This document shows positions 12,301 through 25,300 of a stretch of DNA of 64,000 nt, one piece after another; position 1 is the first letter of the stretch, and each line of letters begins with the position of its first letter. Position numbers and translations under genes: made by a program. The stretch is from Octopus sinensis (taxonomy: Eukaryota). Below the pieces are notes generated by a model, which ran no database searches, was not told where the DNA came from, and saw nothing but the letters and a program-made list of their open reading frames with translations. The DNA is taken from assembly GCF_006345805.1 (NCBI RefSeq), contig NC_042998.1, positions 175,398,001-175,462,000 on the forward strand, in the 5' to 3' direction.

Positions 12301-15300
12301 AAACATAAAAGACTTTTTCTATTCCTGAGCATTATACTAATACATCTGTTTGTTTTGTACACCACCTGTTTTCGTCTTTTTTTTTTTTTTATAAACTCTC
12401 CCTATATATATATATCTATATATAAAATATTTGTAACTGGTTTATACAACTAAGAGTATTTTTGCCAATATGGCAAACAGAGCTAATAAACATACTGTTT
12501 TTTCATTAGTTTATCTGAGAAGGGAGGGGGTTACTTTAGATATTAAACTTGATGTTTTAAAATTGCTTGATGCAGAAATAAAACTTCTATTGCTAAAACA
12601 TTAAACCTTACGATGTCTACAGTAGGAACAATACATGACAACAGAGAAAATTCTGCCAAGTGTTCAGGAAGCCACTTAACTGTCTGGACCATATTTTTCC
12701 ATAGTTCTTAAAGTAGTCACCATCATCATCATTTAACGTCCACTTTCCATGCTAGCATGGGTTGGACGATTTTGACTGAGGGCTGGCAAACCAGATGGCT
12801 GCACCAGGCTCCAATCTTGATCTGGCAGAGTTTCTACAGCTGGATGCTCTTCCTAACGCCAACCACTCCAAGAGTGTAGTGGGTGCTTTTATGTGCCACC
12901 GGTATGAGGGCCAGTCAGGCGGTACTGGCAACGACCATGCTCAAATGGTGCTTTATATGTGCCACCTGCACAGGTGCCAGTAAGGCGACGCTGGTAACGA
13001 TCACGCTCGAATGGTGCCTTTTATGTGCCACCTGCATGTAAGCCAGTTAGCTGCTCTGGCTGCCTTTTACGTGCCACCGGCATGTAAGCCAAAGTAGTAC
13101 TTTAAGTAATTAAGTAATGCTTAATATGGAACAATTCTTGAGTGTATAGATCAAGGGTCAGAATTGACATAATATACCAATAAATATGATGGTAATTAAA
13201 AAAAAAAAGAGCCAAAAGTTTATCTGATGATTTGCCAAAAAAATGAAGGTGAAACTTATAATGAAAAATCCTTTTTGGCTTGTAATGATGAGTTTGAAAG
13301 GTTTAAGAAGTGCATAAATTTGCATAATAAAAAAAATGACTGTTGAAACTGCAAGTGCTGATACAGAGACAGCTACTAATTATCTTGGGTAATGTTAATG
13401 AGACTGCACTTTTGTTGAAGAGTATGTTTGCTAAATCTTTTATTTCTTGAGAAGAGTAATCACCATCAAGATTTAAAGCTTCTAAAAACCATCTGACACA
13501 TTCTTTTGAAAGAAAATACCACAGGTGGTATTAACTCAAAGCCCTTACATGTGTATCATTCTGAAAATCTAAGGGCTTTTAAGGGTTACACAAAGTTTAA
13601 TCCACCTCTGATTTGGCATTCAAATAAAAAGGCATGGATGACTTAGAGCCTTTTCAAAGAGTGATTTGCAAACCGTCATTTTATTTTTTTGTCCTTCAAT
13701 AGAAAGGTACAGTGCTAGACATAATATTTCCAACAAAGCATTGTTTCTTTTAGACAATGCACCAAGCCACTCAGCAAGCAAGTTTTATTCAAGCAAAGAG
13801 TCTACATTAAAGTCTTGCAAAGAATGTAAGATTTGAAGAAGTTATAGATGATGATGTGATTGAGTTGCTAGAGCCTGAGAGAGAAAGTTGATCTAATGAG
13901 GAGCTGATGCTGTTAGAAAAAGAACAAGCTGAGAATACAAATGAGACAATGGAAGTTCTTCTTACACCACTTAAATTGACTACAAAAATTGACAAAGGGC
14001 TGGCACTTATAGAAGAAGTTCTGCAGGTTTTTGTTGATAATGATCCTAATCTTTATATATAAAACTGAAGTTGTGTGTGTGAGAGTCTGTCTCCTCCGAT
14101 TTAGATTCCTAACTACTCCCACATTTTGTGGTGCAGTTTAACCAAAAGCGGGTATCTTATAGTCGTGATTCATATCGAGCCCTTCTGGGTATTAGTGCGC
14201 GTCTACGATGATAAAAAAATTTACCATCATTTTTTCGCATGTTTAATGCATTTTTTGCTTGGTTTATATAAGGGAAGTAACTCTCTAAAAATACTTATAT
14301 AGTTATTTCCCTTACAAACCCGAGCAACGCTGGGCGATACTACTAGTCATGAATATAACATAAAAATTACAAGAATTTACAATGAGCTCGGTTCCTATGC
14401 TGAGCTGTGCAAAAGAGATGATGTGCCATAAGCAACAAACAACCTTGGGCAAGGTTTTCACCCCTCAAGCTGATGTTCATGATAATGAACAATAAGATAG
14501 TAAATATTTCCCTCATCCTCCTAGTAACACTCATTCCAGCACAACCCCTCACACAGTAGCCAACATCTTTTGTGGTAAGAACATACTCTTACGATATTAC
14601 AATTCTTATTAATTCCCTAATTTATTCCTCTTGAAATGTTTTTGTGTTTTTATGTATCTATATTGTATTGTGTATATTTAGAAATAATTATATTTATTTA
14701 TGTATGTTTGTGTTGCTTGTTCTTTGTTGTTTTCTTGTACTTTAAAAAAAATATCTATAGGAACACAATAACACTTGATAATATGAAAATCAATGGGAAA
14801 ATTAATTTCATGAATGCATTATTTCCATAAAGTAAGGGATTCTTGTTCTCAAGTATGCTTTGAAAAAGTTAAAAAACAGAAGTTACAAATGAAAATAGAT
14901 ATTTCTTCAAATAAATCATATTAAATTTTGTTCATATATGTATGTTATTTTTTCAAGGTGAAGAAACTTGTCTATGTGTATTTAACCCGTTATGCAGAAG
15001 AACAACAAGATCTGGCATTGTTGTCAATAAGTACGTTCCAAAGAGCCCTGAAGGTAAAAACTAAATTTTGCTGTCATTAGTATAGGGTCAATGCCCATAG
15101 CCTTTCAGGGATTTTCATACCGAGAAGGAAGTGTTACTGAGTGAAGTTAGTGTTGCAAATTTTCAGTTTAAATTATTAGTTGTTTGAAGGATCATTGATT
15201 GGGATTCCAGTATTCTAGAGGGATGAATTTCTAGAAAGAATGATTGGAGAAGGTTAAGTATAGCATCTGGTTGATGAGACAACAGAAATGAGTTATTTGG

Positions 15301-18300
15301 ATGGATGTAATTTATAAATTTAGCTTACCTGAAATATATTTTACAGTTTATAGTTTTTTGAATTACAGTAATCCCTCGCTATATTGTGGTTCACCTGTCA
15401 TGGTTTATTAAGCTTACGATGATTCCTCTGTGGTGGTGTTTTGCATTTATAATAACATAAATATATACAAATTATAAAAATAATGAAAACGAAATATACA
15501 GTACAGTACTGTTTCTACTTTGCGGATTTTCACCTATCGCGGGTGGCTTTTGGAACATAACACCCGCGATAGTCGATGGGATTTATCATTTTTAAAGTAA
15601 TTTCTAATTCAAAGATGAATTTCTGTAAGTTGATGACTGTAGAGTCAGTTTAATAGGGACGGGTTTCAGAGGGTGACATAGAGATGCAGGATTGAGTGAA
15701 ATGTTTGAAGAGTAAAACAGCGGGTACAATGGGAAGAACCGGAGTTGCACAAAGCTTTACTGGTCCAAAGGTGCAAGATCCATTGTAGTAATGAAGGAAT
15801 AGACAGAGAGGGCACATAGCATGTCAGATGGGTTGTAGTTGAGTGTATTTGTGAAAGTTTCTTCATGAATTTAAACAAGTTAGCAGTGTTGATAGACTCT
15901 TTTTCAGCTTGGGAGGGTTTGCAAGGTTATGGGTACTGTTCTTGTGCCTCTGACTATCTTATAAAATGTAAAATAGCTAATATGATGGTTAGCATATGAT
16001 TTAGTTGAGTAAATGTTTTCACACAAGTATGTATCTTATGTATCTTAACATGGTAGTGTGTAGGATATTTTGTACTGTTGACTTTGTGATTAGTAGTTCA
16101 CTCCTTTAGCCTTCATAGAAAGGAAGAAAAACAATAACATTAAAATAAACATTATACCAACCCTTACCTAAACATTTGATTTATAGTTGCTTAACGATGG
16201 CTTCTTTAATTTCAGGACCCTAACCAGCTAATCCGAGCCAGTGCTTTACGTGTCTTATCTAGTATCCGTGTTACAGTTATTGTTCCCATTATGATGTTAG
16301 CTATTAAAGAGGCTGTAATGGATATGTCACCTTATGTGCGCAAGACTGCAGCACATGCTATTCCTAAACTCTACAGGTGAGCAAGCAAGATTTTTCATTT
16401 TTATTTGAAATAAAAAATTTTAAGTACAAAAAGCCTGATTAATAATCAAAGGATTAACAAATGTTCTTGTTAGTGTTAATTAACTGAGTCACTGAAATTT
16501 CTTCTTAATTTTTAATATCTTTAAACTTTCTCTCTGTTATATATCACAACATCTGCTCTGTTAACAGTTTGGATCCAGAACAGAAAGACCAACTGATTGA
16601 AGTTATTGAGAAACTCTTGGCTGATAAGACCACAGTGAGTTATTGGCTTTTATCTGATTCAGTATAAGTTTTATTGTTTCTGGTTCATTTACCAGCAGAG
16701 TGCATCTGTATTTTATTTCACTGAATTTTGCATCTTCATTGACGAAGGACATCATGTATTGTTTTAAAAAATAGATATTATTTTAGACATCATACTGTTT
16801 ATTGATTAAATTTTTTTTCATGTTATTTTTTCAGCTTGTTGCTGGAAGTGCTATTCAAGCCTTTGAGGAAGTTTGCCCAGAAAGGATAGACTTGATACAC
16901 AAGAACTATCGAAAACTTTGTAATCTGCTGGTAGATGTTGAAGAATGGGGCCAGGTTGTCATCATCAACATGCTGACACGATATTGTCGGACACAGTTTA
17001 CTAATCCAAATCAAACTGTAAGTATGATTTTTTTTGTTTTTTTATCAATTTCATTTCAGTTTATTTTATTTTTGGCTATTACAAAGATTTCACATTTTTA
17101 TAATTAACTTCATTATTTGTGCTTGCTAATTAGATAAATAGAATTCTAAACACAGGTATCTGAGAGGAAAAGTTGATGTTACTGAAGTAGGTGCCTGTTT
17201 TATAGCGTATGAACATCTTGTTTGCTATAACAATTAATTACATACTGAGCAACTGCTATAGTATCTTAGCTCTGAACAAATGCTTCTAATCAAAATAACT
17301 TTGAAAATTCATCATTTTTATTAAGGTTGATATCAAGCTAGCTAAGTGGTTCAAATATTTTTAGTAAACTTCTGGAATGGAATATAAGAAGCAGAAACTT
17401 TCATGCAAATATTATAGATGATAAAAATAGCTGATAAATTGTTAATAAGGAAGACAATAAGCGTTCATAAATGCATTTCTAAATAATTAAAAAATAATTT
17501 GAAATATACAGAGACACTTTATTTCTTAATAACACTTAATAATTAATTTTGGACTAAAATCATCATCATCATCGTTTAATGTCTGCTTTCCATGCTGGCA
17601 TGGGTTGGACGGTTTGACTGAGGGCTGGCGAACCAGAAGGCTGCACCAGGCTCCAATCTGATCTGGCAATGTTTCTACAGCTGGATGCCCTTCCTAATGT
17701 CAACCACTCTGAGAGTGTAGTGGGTGTTTTTATGTGCTACTGGCACGAGGGCCAGTCAGGTGGTACTGGCATCGGTCATGTTCAAATGGTGCTTTTTATG
17801 TGCACAGGAGCCAGTCCTGTGGCACTGGCAATGACCATGATAGAACAGCTGAGATTTACTTCTGTTCAATCAATATTTATCTAAAGAAATGCACTACTTT
17901 GTAATAATGAATTATTAAACATTCCTTTGTTAGAAGATATCATGTTTAGGAACTACATTTTACTTGAATAAATATTTTCTTGTCTGACCAGGAAACAAAT
18001 GATGAATCTGAACAGCATTTTTATGATGATTCTGATAAAGAAGAGGAAAAAGAAGATAGTAAATCTGTGAAGAAAGTGTACAGCATGGATTCAGATCACC
18101 GCCTGTTGCTACGGCAAACTAAGCCCTTGCTCAATAGTAGGAATGCTGCGGTAGGTTACTCTTTTAATGAGTATTTTATCTTTTCTTTCACATCTTTATT
18201 GTATCACAAGCTAGCAACAGTAACTTTTTTCATCTCAGGAGGATCAGGATGACAACAAAATTATTGTAGTTGATATTTTTTTCATCTGAATTTTTGCAAA

Positions 18301-21300
18301 TTTAAACAAAATAACAAGATGAAAAAAAAAAACTGAAAAAGTTAAGATTACAGATAAAGTAAAAACAAAATGACATAAGCAAATGGTATAAAATAATTTT
18401 TTATGAAAATAATTAAACGGGGGACAAGAGATTGTGTTCAGCAACAATAAACTTCTACATGAAGTCAACAAGGTCACAAAAACGTGATGGAAAGCATTTG
18501 AACTTTCAAGAATTTTACTCATACATCAGACATCAGCCGCACCTCAATATACTTTCCAGCATATTAATCTGTGGTAAAAGAAATGCATATATACATACTG
18601 ATAAATATAAATGTGTGTGTGTATTTATATTAGTGTGTATATATTCTTCTATGTGTGTTCACACACACACACACACAATCATCATTGTTGTCATCATTTA
18701 ACATCCATCTCCCACATTGACATTGGTTGGATGGTTTAACAGGATCTGACAAGCTAGAGGACTGCATCAAACAACAATGTCTGTCTTGACATTGTTTAGA
18801 CTAATGGTATTATCAACTATGCAGCTATACCCGCACCAGAAAATTAAAGACCAGACTTGGTGAGATTTCGTGTTCTCATGAAACTTGGGTGGTGACAGCC
18901 ATTATTCTGTTTTCAGAAATCAATAGATTACATACCAGTAATTATACTGCTTCCTGTTGGATGTTGTTAACTATATTTCTTCCCTCTTGTTCCAAAGAAA
19001 GAAAGTATTATTTATGCAGTCTCTTCTGTTTATATATTTCAACAGGTTGTAATGTCAGTTGCTCAGCTTTATTTCCACTGTGCTCCAAAAGCTGAGGTTG
19101 GAATTGTTGGCAAGGCATTGATTCGACTTTTGCGGAGTCACAAGTAAGAATTTGGTTGTTTCTATCACTGAAATTTATATTGAAATACTGATAGGTCACT
19201 GGATGAAGACTCAGAAGTACTAAATAAATAAGGTATTATAATTAAAGAACTGTGAATACTTATTATTTTACCTGGGCAGTGTTGTTGCCTGGATTGATTT
19301 AGGTAAAATGAAAGCAGTCTTTTGATATAGAGCAGCTGAATCATTAATGCTTGTGTAACACTGAGAAATGTCTTTTACTCACTATCAGGAAGGCTTTTGA
19401 AAATTTCAGCATATGCATATAAAAATCTTAATTTAGGTGTTTGTAGAAGTGACACATATTTTCAACAAGGTAAATTTGGATGAGCAAAATAATGCTTCTT
19501 TGAGTTACACCACACCTTGTGGTTGAGCCAAAACGGCAGCCTTTAAATGGTTGCTTGACATGCTAGATCTCGAAGCCAAATTTTACTCAAAGCATTAGCA
19601 TTGTACAATAATGGAAGGATGCATATGTAAACATAGTCCAAGATAGACAACAACTGAATAAAAAGACAGATATAACATGTTCAGTTATAGATTTGTTCAG
19701 TCATAGCCAGCTTGGCACTAAATAACAACACTACTAATGGCAGAGTTTAAATTTGTATTTCATTTTGTAGTGTTTTAATCTCACATCATCTGTATCTTGT
19801 TTGTTGAAAATTGTTCTTTATTGACCAAGTAGAAGTCTCTGGAGAGGAAACACAGCAAAAATAAACACTTGTAAATTTAGTGATATCTTTCTGCCATTCT
19901 CTTTGATTACTAATCCCTTTGATTTATCATTTTTATGTTTCTACTTTCAGAGAGGTACAGTATGTGGTGCTAAGCAACATTGCCACAATGACCATATACA
20001 GAAAGGTAAAAAATTAACAGAATATTATTTCATTCTTCCATTCACATTGATAAAAATATCGCTAATTTTTCTCTTAAACATTAAATCAAATATTGAATAT
20101 TTTTACAGTTCATAAAGAAAATGGATTTCTTTGTTGTCTAAACCACTAGGTTATATTTGTAACATTATCACTTGCAACTGATGCTTAATAATATGAAGTA
20201 ATTGTTAGCAAATATCTCTTTGGGTACACTAATGGTATAGGACTAAAAATTGAATGAATGTGCAGTAACAAACCAAAGATCCATACCATTTCAGTTTGCT
20301 TCAATTTTGTCTGGGATTGCACTGAATACTTAATCTTGCAGTGTTTGTCTGTATTAGGTGCAGTCTTCATCCACTCTCCTGTTTCACATCATCATTAGTG
20401 CTGTATTCAATTAGTTGGTCTTGTCTGTGATGATAATCACAGATTTTGATGTAATTTTGAGTTATAACAAATACTTAATAAAAAAATGAAATAATGCATA
20501 CTTAAAAAGAAAAAACCTTAGCACTGGTCTCTAGATATTAAGTTCGTGTTTCTTAAATTTAACCTAATAAATAAAAAAATGTATTATTGGCATAAATGGG
20601 AAAGTGCCAGGTTAAAATATTAGAGTTATTTCACTTAACACTTTTCTCTTTAAACATTGAATTTAGAGTAAATAACAGTTTATGATAACAGACATTGTAA
20701 AATAAGGTGAACTATCTGTAATTTATATCTTGGAAATATTTCTTGTACTTAAAGGAAATCACTATTTATTATGAGTTTTGTAGATTATGTAAGTGGATTA
20801 AACTACAAATAGTTACTATTAGGGAATTTTTCTGTTTATTAGGGAATTATTTTCTGTTAAAGGGTCTGTGGGGTTTAACATGCAGGATTGCTAAATACAA
20901 GGTTCATTATTCAAATCTTACTTTAGCTAGCCAGTTTGTTTTGTCACTCAGCAAGGCACATAAGCTGACAAAAAGTTTCCCCATTTTTATTGCGCAGATG
21001 TTAAAAATGGCCTTGAACTTTCAGAGGAAACTTGTATTTTGTGGTTTTGAAGAATAAAGTAACTATATAAGAAAATAAATATAACAAATATTTCTAAAAC
21101 AAAGATAATTAAAAACCCAGAATTCAAAATGTTATTTATGATATTTAAAAAAATTTATTGTCTATATTTATCCAACAGGGAATGTTTGAGCCCTATCTAA
21201 AAAGTTTCTATGTGCGTTCAAATGACCCAACGCACGTTAAATTATTAAAGGTAAGACAAGAACTTAATATCTATTCACTTAAGTTTATTTTTGTTTTTAG

Positions 21301-22327
21301 AAATTATGATCAGTTTCTTATGGGTAACTGATAGCATATATGATATATAGCTATGAAATCACAGTTAAAGTTTGATTATATTGATTATATTGTTAGGAAT
21401 TCGAACTTTGTGTAGCCATTATATTAATGAAACATATAATTTTATTTGTTTGCCTGACAATCAGTCTTCTCACTTCATTGTTGACTGGTTAATAGAAAGA
21501 AAGGCTCTAAAAACTGCTACTTGAAGAAAGATTTCACTCTTGCTACCATGGAAAAAATGGATGTTGAACATTGGATACAAAGCTTGTGGTATTTGCTTTG
21601 GCTTAAGTTCAAATCTCAATCCCACATAAGTCAATTTTGTCTTTCATATTTTTAGGGTCAATAAAGTATCAATTCAGGGTATTGGATTGTTAAAATTGTT
21701 AGAGCATCGGACAAGATGCTTTGTGTTACCTGTTCTCACTCTTTGTGTTCTGAGTTGAAATTTTGCCTCCTATCATTCACAGTAGGAAATAGGTCCTTTG
21801 AACCTGTTAATTGTGATAGAACTTCCAGTGTCAGTTGGATCAACATGTTTATTGGAGAAATGTCCCTGTCAAAAACATGTTGACCCTGCACTGAAACTAG
21901 ACAAAAAAAAAAAAAAAAAATGGAGAAAAGTGAATTGTACAAAGTTACTTTCATATATCAGTAAATTATAAAGCTTAACTTTAGTGTTAAATCAAAGATA
22001 ATACTTTAGCTATTTTGATATGAAGAATTTTTTTTACATTTCAAGAGGTAGGAGTATAGAAAATTCCAGCAAGATATATTTTTGATTTCAACATGTCATT
22101 TTGTTTTTCTGACATTTTAAGATGAAAGAATCATATAGCATTCTGTGTGTTAATATTTTTTAATAATGAATGGCTCATAAATTTTGACAGTTTTGAGTTA
22201 GAAATGTTAACTTATAAAAACCATATTCCTCACATACACACTTTTTAAATATAAACTTTTTCAGACAATCAAAATTTGTTATTTTCTTATTTTAATGTTA
22301 TATTTCAGATTTCTGTTTGTAATTTTT

Positions 22328-22372
<45 letters not shown>

Positions 22373-25300
22373 TATGCATTTAAATATATATACATATGTA
22401 TTAGTATGTGTGTACATATGTATATGTGTGTGTACACATACATATATAATTTTGGTTGTAAATATTTTTGCAGCTAGAAATCTTGACTAGTCTTGCCACA
22501 GAGACAAACATATCCACTATTCTTCGAGAGTTTCAGGTAAAGTTACTGCTGTTTTTTTTTCTATTTCTTTGAAAATTATTTTGCATAACTGTAAAAACTT
22601 CTGTAAATTTCTTTTTAGTAAAACACTAAACATCTATGAATTTTTTAAATATAAAATGGTTTTAAAGTACTTAGTAAACTGAAAGCCTTTTTACATAGTT
22701 AAGAGCTTTATTCATATTTTAAACAATTATTAATCATAACTTCAGAAGGCATTTGCCAAATCAAATAAACTGATGGGCATAAAAATAATTTCCACAAGCA
22801 GATTATTTCCATTTCACAGATGGAAATAATTTTTATTACATTGGTATTGATAACATCTGATTATTTTATTTATATCATGTTGTAAATGAAGTGTAAATTA
22901 AAACATTAAATTCTAATTGAGGTTTTATGTAATAAATTTATAGATTGTGCCAACTGAGGAAAAAGTATGGTGTGTTTTTCTGTACCTTAGGAATATCTTC
23001 TGTTAGAAACAAAGAATGCAGATACTGTTTGGTCTCAAAACAGAGTATTCATCTTCTTATGTATTCAGATGGGTATATCACATGATATATATATCATTAT
23101 ATTATGTATCTGACCCAGGTGACTACCTCAAAGTAGATGATGGTGTTTTAATAAATTTTTTATCTCAATATACCTTACTGGTGACTCAGTGCCAATCTGT
23201 ATGTAGAAACTAATTGGTAGACTCTTATTTTACATGAAGCTTCACATGGAGACTGGAGTGAAGTGTGTGCCACATCTGGTAACATGGTATTGTGTAAAAT
23301 AATGATAATAATAGTAAGCTGTGATTATGTTCTGTAGAGTAATGATTTCATGTGTTTTTACATTATGCTCCCAAGGAAGTCATGTTATTTCGCAAGTCTC
23401 AGCTTGCTTAACAGTGGATACCATTCTCACTTTAACTGTTGAAAGTTCTAGTGTAAGAAGGACATCTTGGCATTAAAAAACCTCCCAGAAAATCTCTTAA
23501 TCCAATAATATACAGATATCCAAGAGAGTATTGTAGTTCACTAGAAGCATTGTGTTTTGTTTGTAAGCAATAATAATAATTAGCAATAATGTATTTTGAA
23601 TGGCACAACAATGCACTATAATAACTGGTGTAATTTAATCATCCATAGTCTGATATAATATTTCAGAATCTAAAAATTCCTTCTTCAGATAACCCTAGGA
23701 ATTGATTGATCAATCCCTAGGGATGTCTGAAGAAAGAATCCATAGTCTGATATATATTTCAGAATCCATAGTCTGATATAATATTTCGGAATTTAAAAAT
23801 TCCTTCTTCAGACATCCCTAGGGATTATTCAATCAATCCCTAGGGATATCTGAAGAAAGAATTTTTATATTCTGAAAAATTATATCAGACTATGGATGAT
23901 TAAATTACACCAATTATTATAGTCCATTATTGTTATTATAGTGCATTATTGTGCTATTCAAAACACATTATTACTGATATCCAAATTTTCAAAATGTCTC
24001 CCATTTGAGTTGACTATATTATTATAGTAAAAAGTTGAGGGAAAGAAATTGCAATGAGAAGTTGTCAAAATATGAAATCCTGTCACTGAAATCATAACTT
24101 TTTAGTGTTATAGTGAAAAATTTTTAATAGTTTTCTTGAGAATTTTTGGTATTTGAAGAATTGTCCATCCACGGACACTTCTCTCACAAACTCGGCCATC
24201 ATTTTGTTGGCTTTTTGCTCCCTGTTAATCTATTGTAAAGGTACTATAGTTGTAAGGTTCTAGATATAGAAAGAACAAAAATTCGAACTAAGCTATACCT
24301 GAAATATAGGTGTTAGTTGTATATCAAAGTTTAGCAGTCAATATTTGAAAGAAATCAAATTTTAATTTTCAACTTTTGATATAAAATTGATAATTGAAAG
24401 AATTTGAAGAAGATGGGCCATTCTCATATCTCTTTTCAGTTCTTTGTAGAATAAAGGATAGGAATAAATGGATCGGGTTAATGAAGCTAATATTTAGTTT
24501 GACCTCTTTTAGTTTAGCAGCTGAAAGATAACCAGGAAGAGAAAGTATGTTCTGCATACATCATACATGCAGTTCTGATTAAAGAAAGTAGTGAGATATG
24601 GTGCAGTGGTATAGCAGTAGAGGTAGGACAGAAGATACAGCTACAGCACCAAAGATTAAAAAATATCCAACTGAAAATCCAAATTGGTAGAACTTTTATA
24701 AAACTCCTGAATTTAAATGTTAAATTCTCTAATTTTATATTTGTAGACCTATGTAACCAGTGCAGACAAAGCATTTGCTGCAGCCACAATTCAGGCAATT
24801 GGTCGTTGTGCTAGCAATATTGCTGAGATCACAGATGCTTGTCTCAATGGATTGGTCCACCTTATGTCAAATAGAGATGGTAAATAGCCCTTTTCCAAGA
24901 TTTCTTTATTGTAAAATAAATGTTTTAACACCATATTTTATGTTGCAGTTGGTCAAGTTAGTTGTATGTGTTGGTATGCTGGTTGCTATTTCTAGGCCTT
25001 CATTTCATATTTTAACAAGAGAAATATATGGTGTTTCTAGAAAGGATACTAAATTCTTAATAAGCCAAACCACATAGTTGTAAATGAATTTCTAAGTGAG
25101 ATACAATTTGTTGTCCTTTCATGAGTGTTTTAATCTAGGCAAGGAAATATCACCTAATTATGAAAACTGCTCATTTACATTGCTTATCCAAAAGCCTCTT
25201 ATAGTTAGCACCTTCATGACTTTTTCTTTTTACTATCACAAGGGAAGAGATGTCTGTTATTTTAACACTTTTTCCCAATGATGTTTTGGTTGATGCAGTT

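Larger units (their letters stand above)
12470..14420 (+). mobile_element. Degenerate Tigger/pogo transposase remnant, interrupted by a SINE and a Helitron
   Basis: [14 protein letters not shown] (psq-like HTH), MEQFLSV*IKGQ (CENP-B HTH), [36 protein letters not shown] and [10 protein letters not shown] (DDE_1); ends approximate. Confidence 0.85.
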
